Assembly: GCF_036554925.1 (NCBI RefSeq)
Contig: NZ_DATBMI010000189.1
Location: 10,224 to 74,223, forward strand
DNA length: 64,000 nt
Source: Pedococcus sp.
GTDB taxonomy: Bacteria > Actinomycetota > Actinomycetes > Actinomycetales > Dermatophilaceae
Direction of reading: 5' to 3'
The notes below the pieces were generated by a model. It was not told the DNA's origin. It was given only the letters and a program-made list of their open reading frames with translations, and ran no database searches. The position numbers and the translations under genes were made by a program. The first letter of the stretch is position 1. Each line of letters opens with the position of its first letter. Positions 38,568 to 47,834 of the stretch are shown here, piece after piece.

Positions 38568-39598
38568 GAGGCCACGGTCCGCGGTGCCGCCGTGGACGCC
38601 CTGGCGATGAGCTCGGGGGGGAAGACCACGTGCTGGTGCTCGTGGGTTGCGCCGCTGTCGCTCTCCTCCGCGAGCAGGCGCGCGGCCGTCCGTCCGAGAA
38701 GCTGCCGTGGCTGGGCGACGGAGGTGAGGGGGACGGCGGCGGCCGCGGCGTACTCGATGTCGTCGTAGCCGACGATGGCCACCTCCTCCGGCACGCGGAC
38801 TCCGTGCTGGGTCAGGTGCTGCAGGAGGCCCAGGGCAAGCAGGTCGTTGGCGCAGAAGATCCCTGTGGGACGGCGTCGCTTCGAGAGCCCGAGCAGCCTC
38901 TCGCCGGCCCGGCGACCCTCGGCGATGGTGAGCGCGTCGGTCTGGATCCACACCAGGCCCTGGGGGTCGAGCCCCGCGGCAGACATGGCGTTCAGGGCGC
39001 CGGCGTGGCGGTCGGCGACCTGGGGGATGTCGGCTGGGCCGCCGACCATGCCCAGGTGGCGGTGCCCGGCCTCGACGAGGTGGCTGATCGCGAGCTCGCC
39101 ACCGGCCACGTCGTCCACCCCGACGGTGCAGCAGTCCTCGGCGTCGACGGGGGCGCGGTCGACCAGCACGACCGGGACTCCCTGCCTCCGGAGCTTCCTG
39201 AGACGCGGGTTCGTGTAGTCCATGGCCGTGATGAGGACTCCGCGGACGCGCAGCTCGGCGAGCTGCTCGAGGTACTGGTCCTCCCGGTCTGCGTCCTGGT
39301 CGCTGTTGCACATGAACAGCGAGAGCCCGCTGGCGCGGGCGACCTCCTCGACACCCCGGGCGACGTCGGTGAAGAACGGGTTGCCCGCATCGAGGACGAG
39401 ATAGGCGATGGTGCGGCTGCGCCCGGCGGCCAGCTGACGGGCCGAGGCGTTGGGGACGAAACCGAGCTCGGCAATGGCCGCCTCCACTCGCGCCCGCGTG
39501 GCCGGGCGCACGGTGTCGGGCCGGTTCAGCACGTTCGACACCGTGCCGAGCGACACACCCGCCTTGGCCGCCACGTCCTTGATGCTCACCGATGCCAT
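38564..39598 (-). CDS. LacI-family transcriptional regulator (probable rhamnose/lactate regulon repressor)
   Basis: N-terminal HTH is SIKDVAAKAGVSLGTVSNVLN, followed by a periplasmic-binding-like core. Its stop overlaps the lutA ATG as ATGA. Confidence 0.88.
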   Translation of the reverse strand: MASVSIKDVAAKAGVSLGTVSNVLNRPDTVRPATRARVEAAIAELGFVPNASARQLAAGRSRTIAYLVLDAGNPFFTDVARGVEEVARASGLSLFMCNSDQDADREDQYLEQLAELRVRGVLITAMDYTNPRLRKLRRQGVPVVLVDRAPVDAEDCCTVGVDDVAGGELAISHLVEAGHRHLGMVGGPADIPQVADRHAGALNAMSAAGLDPQGLVWIQTDALTIAEGRRAGERLLGLSKRRRPTGIFCANDLLALGLLQHLTQHGVRVPEEVAIVGYDDIEYAAAAAVPLTSVAQPRQLLGRTAARLLAEESDSGATHEHQHVVFPPELIARASTAAPRTVAS

Positions 39599-39669
39599 CC
39601 GACCTCCGTTCGTCGATGCAAGGTACCGCGGGCGTCGCCTGGCCGTGCTCCTCGGCCTCGGGTCGGCGC

Positions 39670-41091
39670 TCATGACGGACGGAAGCGGCGGAGGTCCTCG
39701 GTGCGCGCGAGCCCTGCGCGGATCTCCTCCAGGGTCTCCGGCGCCGCGCCATGGGCTCTCGCCTGCACGAGCACGTTGCCCAGGGCCGTGGCCTCCACGG
39801 GGCCTGCAGTCACGGGGATTCCGGACAGGTCGGCGGTGAGCTGGCACAGGAGCCGGTTCTGGCAGCCGCCGCCCACGATGTGGATCGTGTCGACCTCCTG
39901 GCTGCCCAGCTCCACGGCCTGGCGGACGGTGAGCGCGTACGACGTCGCCAGCGAGTCGAGGACGCAGCGCACGACTGCCGCGGGGGTCTGCGGGTCGTCG
40001 TGCCCGTCGCGCACCGCCGCCGCGGCGATCCGTGCGGGCATCTTTCCGGGGGGGATGAAACGGTCGTCGTCGACGTTGACGATGGGCCCTCCCGGGGGGA
40101 GGGTCTCGGCCTCTGTCAGGAGGGAGTCCAGGTCCAGGCGCAGGCCCTGGGCCTTCCACTCGCGCAGCGACTCCTGGAGCAGCCAGAGCCCGCCCACGTT
40201 GCGCAGGAAGCGGGTGCGGCCATCCACCCCGCCCTCGTTGGTGAAGTTCGCGCGCTGGGCATCCATCGTGAGCACCGGCTTGTCCAGCTCGATCCCGACG
40301 AGCGACCAGGTCCCGCTCGAGACGTACGCGAAGCTCCTGTCGGTGGCCGGTACGGCCACCACGGCCGACGCCGTGTCGTGGGAGCCCACAGCAGTCACCA
40401 CGATGGTGGCCGGGAGCCCTGTCGCGGCCAACACCTCCGGACGCAGCGTCCCGCGCAGCTCGCCTGGACGCTGCAGGGGCGGCAGGGCGCCGGCCGGGAG
40501 GTCAAGGAGGGCGAGGACCTCCGTGGACCACGTGCCGGTGCGGATGTCGAGCAGGCCCGTCGTGGACGCGTTCGTCTCCTCCGTGGCCAGCTCTCCGGTG
40601 AGCCAGTAGGCGAGCAGGTCTGGGAGGAGGACCACATGGGCCGCCCTGTCCCACAGCGGCGAGAGCCGCTCCGCGGCGAGCTGGTAGACCGTGGTGAAGG
40701 GCAGGAACTGCAGTCCGTTCATGGCATACAGCTGCGCGGGGCCCAGCTGGGCGTGCACCTGGTCCAGAACGGCCTCGGTACGGCTGTCGCGGTAGGAGAC
40801 CGGCTCGGCAAGGAGGCGTCCGTCGGCGTCGAGCAGCCCGTAGTCCACGGCCCAGGTGTCGATCCCGATCGACTCCACCTGCGGGTAGGCCGTGGCGAGG
40901 CTGCGCAACCCAGCCAGGACCTCGGCATACAAGCCGGTGAGGTCCCAGCGCAGGTGGCCCTCTCGGTGCGCCGCTCCGTTCGGGAAGCGGTGCAGGGTGT
41001 GCAGCGTGGTCCGGTCGCCGTCGACGACGCCCGCAATGACGCGGCCACCCGATGCGCCGATGTCGACGGCGCCGAACACCCTTGCTGTCAT
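39670..41091 (-). CDS. rhaB: rhamnulokinase
   Basis: 473 aa FGGY kinase. FGAVDIGASGGRV, IGIDTWAVDYGLLD and HIVGGGCQNRLLCQL. Confidence 0.88.
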   Translation of the reverse strand: MTARVFGAVDIGASGGRVIAGVVDGDRTTLHTLHRFPNGAAHREGHLRWDLTGLYAEVLAGLRSLATAYPQVESIGIDTWAVDYGLLDADGRLLAEPVSYRDSRTEAVLDQVHAQLGPAQLYAMNGLQFLPFTTVYQLAAERLSPLWDRAAHVVLLPDLLAYWLTGELATEETNASTTGLLDIRTGTWSTEVLALLDLPAGALPPLQRPGELRGTLRPEVLAATGLPATIVVTAVGSHDTASAVVAVPATDRSFAYVSSGTWSLVGIELDKPVLTMDAQRANFTNEGGVDGRTRFLRNVGGLWLLQESLREWKAQGLRLDLDSLLTEAETLPPGGPIVNVDDDRFIPPGKMPARIAAAAVRDGHDDPQTPAAVVRCVLDSLATSYALTVRQAVELGSQEVDTIHIVGGGCQNRLLCQLTADLSGIPVTAGPVEATALGNVLVQARAHGAAPETLEEIRAGLARTEDLRRFRPS

Positions 41092-41094
41092 GGC

Positions 41095-43131
41095 TTATCG
41101 CAGGAAGGCCGCGGCGACGCCGGCGTCGACGGGGATGTGGAGCCCAGTGGTGTGGCTGAACTCGTCGGAGGTGATCTGGGCGGCGACGTTCGCCACGTGC
41201 TCGGGCAGCACCTCGCGCTTGAGCAGCGTGCGCTGGGCGTAGTAGGCGCCGAGCTGGTCCTCCGGGACGCCGTACACCGCGGCCCGCTTGGCGCCCCAGC
41301 CGCCGGCGAAGATGCCGCTGCCGCGCACCACGCCGTCGGGGTTGATGCCGTTGACCTTGATGCCGTGCTCACCGAGCTCGGCCGCAAGGAGTCGCACCTG
41401 GTGTGCCTGGTCGGCCTTCACGGCGCTGTAGGCGATGTTGTTGGGACCGGCGAAGACCGAGTTCTTCGACGAGATGTAGACGATGTCGCCGCCCAGCCTC
41501 TGGTCGATCATCGCCTTGGCTGCCGCCTTGGCCATGAGGAAGCTGCCCTTGGCCATGACGTCGTGCTGCAGGTCCCAGTCCGCCTCGGTGGTCTCCAGCA
41601 GCGGCTTGGAGATCGACAGGCCGGCGTTGTTGACGAGCAGGTCGATCCCGCCGAAGGCGAGCAGGGCCGCGTCGATGGCGGCCTGCACCTGGTCGGCGTC
41701 TGTGACGTCGGCCTGCACCGCGACGGCGACGTCGGTGGTGCCGATCTCGTCGGCGGCTGCCTGTGCCGTGGCGAGGTCGAGGTCGGCGATGACGACGCAG
41801 GCACCCTCGGCCGCGAGCCGGGTGGCGATGGCCTTGCCGATGCCCGAGGCTGCCCCGGTGACCAGCGCGATGCGCCCCGCGTGGGACCGCGGCTTGGGCA
41901 TCCTCTGGAGCTTGGCCTCCTCGAGAGCCCAGTACTCGATCCTGAACTTCTCGGACTCGTCGATGGGGGAGTAGGTGGACACCGACTCGGCACCGCGCAT
42001 GACGTTGATGGCGTTGACGTAGAACTCACCGGCCACGCGGGCGGTCTGCTTGTCCTTGCCGTAGGAGAACATGCCGACGCCCGGCACGAGCACGATGGCC
42101 GGGTCGGCGCCGCGGATCGCGGGGGAGCCGGGCGTGGCGTTGCGGTCGTAGTAGGCCTGGTAGTCCTCGCGATAGGCCGCGTGCAGCTCGCCGAGGCGGG
42201 CGACCGTCTCCTCGACGGTCGCCCCTGCGGGGAGGTCGACGACGAGGGGCTTGACCTTGGTGCGCAGGAAGTGGTCGGGGCAGGAGGTGCCGAGCTCGGC
42301 GAGCGGGGCCAGCCTCTCGCTGGCCAGGAACTCGAGCACCACGTCGGCGTCGGTGAAGTGGCCGACCATCGGCCTGTCCCGGGAGGCGACAGCGCGGACG
42401 TGAGGGGCGAGCGCGGCGGCCTTGGCGCGGCGCTCGGACTCCGGCAGGGCGGCATACCCGCGAGCCTCCGCGCCGAAGGGCTGGGCCCTGCCGTGCTCGT
42501 CGAGGTAGGCCTGCGCGGTCTGGATGATCCACAGCGAGTTGGCCTCCGCCTCGTCACTGGAGTCGCCCCACGCGGTGACGCCGTGGCCGCCGAGGATCGT
42601 GCCGACGGCCTGGGGGTTGGACTTCTTGATGGCGGCGAGGTCGAGCCCGAGCTGGAAGCCCGGGCGCCGCCACGGCACCCACACGACCCGGTCGCCGAAG
42701 ATCTCCTTGGTCAGCTGTTCGCCGTCCTTCGCCGTGGCGATGGCGATGCCGCTGTCGGGGTGGAGGTGGTCCACGTGGGCGGCGTCGACCAGGGCGTGCA
42801 TGGCGGTGTCGATGGAGGGGGCCGCCCCGCCCTTGCCGTGCAGGCAGTAGTCGAAGGCTGCAACCATCTCGTCCTCGCGCTCGACGCCCGGGTACACGTC
42901 CACCAGGGAGCGCACCCGGTCCAGGCGCAGGACCGCCAGGCCGGACTCCTTCAGGGTGCCGAGGTCACCCCCGGAGCCCTTGACCCACACCAGCTCGACC
43001 TGCTCGCCGGTCACCGGGTCGGTTTCGGTGCCCTTGGCGGAGGTGTTGCCGCCGGCGTAGTTGGTGTTCCTCGGGTCGGCGCCGAGGCGGTTGGAGCGGG
43101 CGATCAGGTCGGCGACGGTGGGGTTCGTCAT
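41095..43131 (-). CDS. rhaEW: bifunctional rhamnulose-1-phosphate aldolase / short-chain dehydrogenase (lactaldehyde dehydrogenase type)
   Basis: 678 aa. N-terminal class II aldolase (NYAGGNTSAKG) plus a C-terminal SDR (TGAASGIGKA, YSAVKA). Confidence 0.9.
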   Translation of the reverse strand: MTNPTVADLIARSNRLGADPRNTNYAGGNTSAKGTETDPVTGEQVELVWVKGSGGDLGTLKESGLAVLRLDRVRSLVDVYPGVEREDEMVAAFDYCLHGKGGAAPSIDTAMHALVDAAHVDHLHPDSGIAIATAKDGEQLTKEIFGDRVVWVPWRRPGFQLGLDLAAIKKSNPQAVGTILGGHGVTAWGDSSDEAEANSLWIIQTAQAYLDEHGRAQPFGAEARGYAALPESERRAKAAALAPHVRAVASRDRPMVGHFTDADVVLEFLASERLAPLAELGTSCPDHFLRTKVKPLVVDLPAGATVEETVARLGELHAAYREDYQAYYDRNATPGSPAIRGADPAIVLVPGVGMFSYGKDKQTARVAGEFYVNAINVMRGAESVSTYSPIDESEKFRIEYWALEEAKLQRMPKPRSHAGRIALVTGAASGIGKAIATRLAAEGACVVIADLDLATAQAAADEIGTTDVAVAVQADVTDADQVQAAIDAALLAFGGIDLLVNNAGLSISKPLLETTEADWDLQHDVMAKGSFLMAKAAAKAMIDQRLGGDIVYISSKNSVFAGPNNIAYSAVKADQAHQVRLLAAELGEHGIKVNGINPDGVVRGSGIFAGGWGAKRAAVYGVPEDQLGAYYAQRTLLKREVLPEHVANVAAQITSDEFSHTTGLHIPVDAGVAAAFLR

Positions 43132-43221
43132 GGTGGTGTCTCTCTGGGTCCGTGGTCGGTCGGGGTCGGTCGTGTCCGGGGTGGTGGGGGTGGTGGTGGG
43201 GCTCTTCTGGCAGGGGGCCGT

Positions 43222-44388
43222 TCAGGCGCCCCAGCCGGCCGGGGTGCCACCGAAACGGTCGGCGGCGATGCGCTCCTGGTAGCCGCTCTCGGCGTACGCC
43301 TTCATGGGGTCGGCGGGCAGCCCGCGCCCGGCGCGCCAGTCGGCGAGGTCGGCGCGGACGTCGGTGTAGAAGGCGTCCATGAGGATGCCGTTGCCCGCGA
43401 GGACGTCACCGGCGCGCTCGGCCTCGCGCAGCGCCTGGCGGTCGACGAGGAGCGCCCGTGCGGTCATCTCCTGGACGTTGAGCACCGAGCGGACCTGGCC
43501 GGGGATCTTGTCCTCGATGTTGTGGCACTGGTCGAGCATGAAGACCACGTCGCTGTCGTCGTCGTACCCGCCGCCGCGGATCACCTCGTAGAGGATGCGG
43601 AAGAGCTGGAACGGGTCGGCGGCCCCGACGATGAGGTCGTCGTCGGCGTAGAAGCGCGAGTTGAAGTCGAACGACCCCAGCCGTCCCAGGCGCAGCAGCT
43701 GGGCGACGATGAACTCGATGTTCGTCCCGGGCGCGTGGTGACCCGTGTCGAGGCAGACCACCGCTCGCTCCCCGAGAGCCAGGCAGTGCACGAGGGAGGT
43801 GCCCCAGTCGGGAACGTCGGTCGCGTAGAAGGCCGGCTCGAAGAACTTGTACTCCAGGACGAGCCGCTGGTGCTCGCCCAGGCGGGCATAGACCTGCTGG
43901 AGCGAGTCGGCGAGACGGTCCTGGCGGTCGCGCAGGTCGCCCTGGCCGGGGTAGTTCGTGCCGTCCGGCAGCCAGATCTTGAGGTCGCGGCTCCCCGTGA
44001 CGTCCATGATGTCGATGCACTCGTGCATGTGCGCGATGGCCTTGCTCCGGACCCGCTCGTCGACGTGCGTGAGGCTGCCGAACTTGTAGTCGTCGTCCTG
44101 GAACGTGTTGGAGTTGACCGTGCCGAGACGCAGCCCGAGATCCGCGGCGAAGCGGCTGAGCTTGTCGTAGTCGTCGACGCGGTCCCAGGGGATGTGCAGC
44201 GCGACTGAGGGCGCGAGACCCGTCAGCTCGTGCACCTGAGCGGCGTCGGCGAGCTTCTCCTCGATGCTGCGCGGCGTGCCGGGCGTCGTGAAGACCTTGA
44301 AGCGGGTGCCGGAGTTGCCGAAGGCCCAGGAGGGCAGTTCGATCGCCTGACGCGACAGGCTCGGCGCGATGTCATCGAAGGTCGTCAT
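43222..44388 (-). CDS. rhaI: L-rhamnose isomerase (actinobacterial xylose-isomerase-like TIM type)
   Basis: 388 aa from ATG 44388. ELPSWAFGNSGTRFKVF and VCLDTGHHAPGTNIE. Confidence 0.88.
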   Translation of the reverse strand: MTTFDDIAPSLSRQAIELPSWAFGNSGTRFKVFTTPGTPRSIEEKLADAAQVHELTGLAPSVALHIPWDRVDDYDKLSRFAADLGLRLGTVNSNTFQDDDYKFGSLTHVDERVRSKAIAHMHECIDIMDVTGSRDLKIWLPDGTNYPGQGDLRDRQDRLADSLQQVYARLGEHQRLVLEYKFFEPAFYATDVPDWGTSLVHCLALGERAVVCLDTGHHAPGTNIEFIVAQLLRLGRLGSFDFNSRFYADDDLIVGAADPFQLFRILYEVIRGGGYDDDSDVVFMLDQCHNIEDKIPGQVRSVLNVQEMTARALLVDRQALREAERAGDVLAGNGILMDAFYTDVRADLADWRAGRGLPADPMKAYAESGYQERIAADRFGGTPAGWGA

Positions 44389-44426
44389 GGTGATCCCGTC
44401 TGTGGGTGGTGCCGGCACTGATCTGC

Positions 44427-44440
44427 ATGAAGCGTTTCAT
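44427..44440. promoter_or_regulatory. candidate LacI-type operator ATGAAGCGTTTCAT
   Basis: 14-bp imperfect palindrome (ATGAA-NNNN-TTCAT) in the relatively AT-rich divergent rhaI/ABC intergenic region. Confidence 0.4.
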
Positions 44441-44591
44441 AACAGTGGCCCTGAGTAAAGCGCAGCTTCTGACCGCAGGTCAATCCCCAGGCCGGGAGCC
44501 CGGCTCGGTTGGCGCATCGTTGAGCACGTGCCGTGGTCGTCAAGGCAGAGATGGTCCGAGGCTATTGACACTCGCAGAGGCGGCCTCTACC

Positions 44592-44617
44592 TTGAAGCGA
44601 TCGAATGAAGCGATTCA
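44592..44617. promoter_or_regulatory. two further TGAAGCGAT motifs (TTGAAGCGATCGAA and TGAAGCGATTCA)
   Basis: The same core as the 44427 site, repeated twice 12 bp apart and about 50 bp upstream of the binding-protein ATG. Confidence 0.35.
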
Positions 44618-44666
44618 ATTCGGAACGACCAAGGCGATACACGCCCCAACGCTGTGGAGGTACCCC

Positions 44667-45962
44667 ATGAAGAGCCCCGGCTCGAGGTTTGCGACCGCCC
44701 TGGTCGCAGCAGCTGCACTTGTCCCGCTCGCCGCCTGCGCAGGTTCCTCGGGGTCGGGCGGCGACGGAAAGACCGAGATCACCCTGCTGACCGACAACGC
44801 GGAGACCACGGTCAAGCCCGCGAAGGCCGTGATCACTGCGTTCGAGAAGGCCAATCCCGACATCACCGTCAAGCTGGAGTCCCGGCCGGGAGGCGCTGAC
44901 GGTGACAACCTGGTCAAGACCAAGCTGTCGACCGGCGACATGGAGGACGTGTTCTGGTACAACTCCGGCTCGCTCCTGCAGGCGCTGAGCCCGGAGAAGA
45001 CGCTGGTCGACCTGACCAACGACCCGGTCCTGAAGGACACCGACCCGTCGTTCCTCCCGACAGTGACGCAGAACGGCAAGGTCTACGGAGCGCCGGTCGG
45101 CACCGTGATGGGTGGCGGAATCCTCTACAACAAGGACGTCTACTCCAAGCTCGGGCTGCAGGTTCCCAAGACCTGGTCCGAGTTCGAGTCGAACAGCGAC
45201 AAGATCAAGGCCGCCGGGATCACTGCGGTGATCGGCAGCTTCAAGGACACCTGGACCTCCCAGCTGTTCGTCCTGGGTGACTTCCACAACGTCGCCACCG
45301 CGAACCCCGAGTTCGCCGACGAGTACACCGCCAACAAGGTCAAGTACGCGACAGACCCCGCTGCGGTGAAGGGCTTCGAGAAGACGGCTGAGGCGCAGCA
45401 GAGGGGCTGGCTCAACAGGGGCGCCGGTTCCACCACCTTCGACCAGGGCATGAAGCTGTTGGCCTCCGGCAAGGCTGCCCAGTACCCGCTCCTCACCTTC
45501 CCCGTCGGGACCCTGCCCGCGGACGAGGCCGCCAAGATCGGCTTCTTCGGGATCCCCGGTGACGACGCCAGCACGCACGGCGCGACCATCTGGCCCGGCA
45601 ACGGGCAGTACATCCCCAAGACGAGCAAGAACGTCGACGCCGCGAAGAAGTTCGTCGCCTTCGTGGCCTCGGTGGCCGGCTCTGACGTGTACTCCTCCGA
45701 GGCGCCCCCGACCGGCCCCTACATGGTCAAGGGCTCCAAGCTGCCCGACTCTGCGCCGCCTGTCGCCAAGGACCTGCAGGCGTACATCGACGCCAAGACC
45801 GTCACCCCGGCGCTGGAGTTCCTCTCCCCGGTGAAGGGCCCCTCGCTGGAGCAGATCACCGTCGCGGTGGCCACCGGCCAAACCTCGCCCAAGGACGGCG
45901 CGGCCCAGTACGACGCGGACGTCGCCAAGCAGGCCAAGCAGCTGGGACTGCCGGGATGGTAG
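44667..45962 (+). CDS. sugar ABC transporter substrate-binding lipoprotein
   Basis: Lipobox is LVPLAACAG. It has the family-1 extracellular solute-binding pattern and sits in a rhamnose context. Confidence 0.85.
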   Translation: MKSPGSRFATALVAAAALVPLAACAGSSGSGGDGKTEITLLTDNAETTVKPAKAVITAFEKANPDITVKLESRPGGADGDNLVKTKLSTGDMEDVFWYNSGSLLQALSPEKTLVDLTNDPVLKDTDPSFLPTVTQNGKVYGAPVGTVMGGGILYNKDVYSKLGLQVPKTWSEFESNSDKIKAAGITAVIGSFKDTWTSQLFVLGDFHNVATANPEFADEYTANKVKYATDPAAVKGFEKTAEAQQRGWLNRGAGSTTFDQGMKLLASGKAAQYPLLTFPVGTLPADEAAKIGFFGIPGDDASTHGATIWPGNGQYIPKTSKNVDAAKKFVAFVASVAGSDVYSSEAPPTGPYMVKGSKLPDSAPPVAKDLQAYIDAKTVTPALEFLSPVKGPSLEQITVAVATGQTSPKDGAAQYDADVAKQAKQLGLPGW

Positions 45963-46921
45963 TCAGGACTCGGCCCAAGGAGGCCCGTCCGGTCGGCCCG
46001 CGCGTTGACGCGGGGCCTGGCCGGGCACCCCGGAAGCAGCCGCGGACCAGCGGCGTGCGCTCCAACCAGAAGCGCACCTACTCCTACTGGTTCTACCTGC
46101 CGGCCGGCGTGATCTACGGCGTCATCTTCATGGTCCCGACGGTGATCGCCTTCTACTTCGCGTTCACCCGCTGGACCCTGTTCGAGTCGGAGTTCATCGG
46201 TCTGGACAACTTCCGGCAGTTCTTCGCCGAGCAGTCCCTGCGGATCGGGCTCCGGAACACCCTCATCTACGCGGTGGTCACGAGCGGCCTCAAGGTCGTG
46301 CTCGGGATGCTGCTCGCGATCCTGCTCACCGCGCCGATCCGCTCCCGAGGGTTCCTCCGCTCGGTCGTCTTCTTCCCAGTGCTCGTCAGCACGGTCGCCG
46401 TGGGCATCACCTTCAGCGTCCTGCTCCAGCCCGACTTCGGCCTGGTGGCCACCATGTTGGGGTCCGTGGGGATCACCTCGCCGGACTGGCTCGGCGACCC
46501 GAGGACGGCCCTGCTGTCGGTCGCCCTGGTCGACGTCTGGAAGGGCGTGGGACTGGCGACGGTCATCTACATGGCCGGCATCCTGTCCATCTCCAAGGAC
46601 TACTACGAGGCGGTCGACGTGGACGGCGGCGGGATGTGGACGAAGTTCTGGAACGTCACGCTGCCGCTGTCGCGCCCGGCCACCTTCACCGTCATCCTGC
46701 TCTCGCTGATCGGCGGCCTCCGGTCCTTCGACCTCATCTGGACCATGACCGGGGGTGGCCCGGGCTTCAGCAGCGACGTCATCGCCTCGATCATCTACAA
46801 GCAGTACCAGGCGGGCTTCTTCGGCCTGGCCACCGCGGGCAACGTCGTCCTCTTCATCCTCGTGAGCCTGATCGTGTTTCCCCTGTTCCGCTACTTCAAC
46901 TCCCGGGAGGTGGAGGCATGA
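45956..46921 (+). CDS. carbohydrate ABC transporter permease
   Basis: Six TM helices with a BPD_transp_1 EAA-like loop (YYEAVDVDGGGMWTKFWNVTLPL). Its ATG overlaps the binding-protein stop. The true start could be further downstream. Confidence 0.85.
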   Translation: MVVRTRPKEARPVGPRVDAGPGRAPRKQPRTSGVRSNQKRTYSYWFYLPAGVIYGVIFMVPTVIAFYFAFTRWTLFESEFIGLDNFRQFFAEQSLRIGLRNTLIYAVVTSGLKVVLGMLLAILLTAPIRSRGFLRSVVFFPVLVSTVAVGITFSVLLQPDFGLVATMLGSVGITSPDWLGDPRTALLSVALVDVWKGVGLATVIYMAGILSISKDYYEAVDVDGGGMWTKFWNVTLPLSRPATFTVILLSLIGGLRSFDLIWTMTGGGPGFSSDVIASIIYKQYQAGFFGLATAGNVVLFILVSLIVFPLFRYFNSREVEA

Positions 46922-47751
46922 GAACCAGCACCCTCCGCAGGACCTCGCTCGAGGTCGTGGCCGTCCTCGTGGCCTTCGCCGTCTTCATCGTCCCGTTCAT
47001 CTTCATGTTCCTCACGGCGTCCAAGGACTCCACGGAGGCATCGGACCTGAAGTTCTCCCTCCCGACGACGTGGCCGATCGTCGACAACATCAAGGAGGTG
47101 TTCGAGGCCCGGGACCACATGCTCGTCACGGCGTTCAAGAACAGCATCATCCTCACCGTGGCCTCGGTGGCGATCCTCGTCGTCCTCTGCGCCATGGTCG
47201 CGTTCGTCCTGCAGCGCCGGCCCGGCCGGGTCGCGAACGCCGTGAACCTGCTGGTGCTCTCCGGCCTGATCATCCCTCCCGCGGTGGTGCCGACGATCTG
47301 GGTCCTCCAGGAGCTGCACTTGTTCAAGACGCTGCCCGGGTTGATCCTCGTCGAGGTCGCGTTCCAGATGTCTTTCACCGTGCTGCTCTTCCGGGCGTTC
47401 ATCGCGGCCATCCCGCGCGAGCTCGACGAGGCCGCCATGATCGACGGGTGCTCGGGGCTGAAGGTGTTCTTCAAGGTCATCTTCCCGCTGCTGCGCCCGG
47501 TGACGATCACGGTGATCCTGACCAACTCCGTCTTCATCTTCAACGACTTCGTCAACCCGCTGTACTTCCTGCCCGGAGACGAGAACGCCACCGTCCAGCT
47601 CACCCTCTACAACTTCATGAGCCAGTTCAGCACCGACTACAACCTCCTCTTCATGAACATCGTGCTCATCACCGTGCCGCCGCTGGTCCTCTTCATCTTC
47701 TTCAACCGCAAGATCGTCGCGGGCATGACCTCCGGCGCGGTGAAGGGCTGA
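46918..47751 (+). CDS. carbohydrate ABC transporter permease
   Basis: The ATG overlaps the previous stop (ATGA). EAA loop is LDEAAMIDGCSGLKVFFKVIFPL. Confidence 0.88.
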   Translation: MRTSTLRRTSLEVVAVLVAFAVFIVPFIFMFLTASKDSTEASDLKFSLPTTWPIVDNIKEVFEARDHMLVTAFKNSIILTVASVAILVVLCAMVAFVLQRRPGRVANAVNLLVLSGLIIPPAVVPTIWVLQELHLFKTLPGLILVEVAFQMSFTVLLFRAFIAAIPRELDEAAMIDGCSGLKVFFKVIFPLLRPVTITVILTNSVFIFNDFVNPLYFLPGDENATVQLTLYNFMSQFSTDYNLLFMNIVLITVPPLVLFIFFNRKIVAGMTSGAVKG

Positions 47752-47834
47752 CGCGCGCCACTGCATCCCGGGCGGGCGCGGGCCACTCCCGCGCCACTCC
47801 CGCACCTCATCCACCCCAGCACTGAAAGGCAGCC

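Noticed and set aside
39751-44208. 1485-aa plus-strand ORF spanning the rhamnose genes
   Set aside because: It is antisense to three well-supported genes (rhaB, rhaEW, rhaI). Its composition is dominated by G, A, V, D and R with no domain signatures, so it is a GC artefact.
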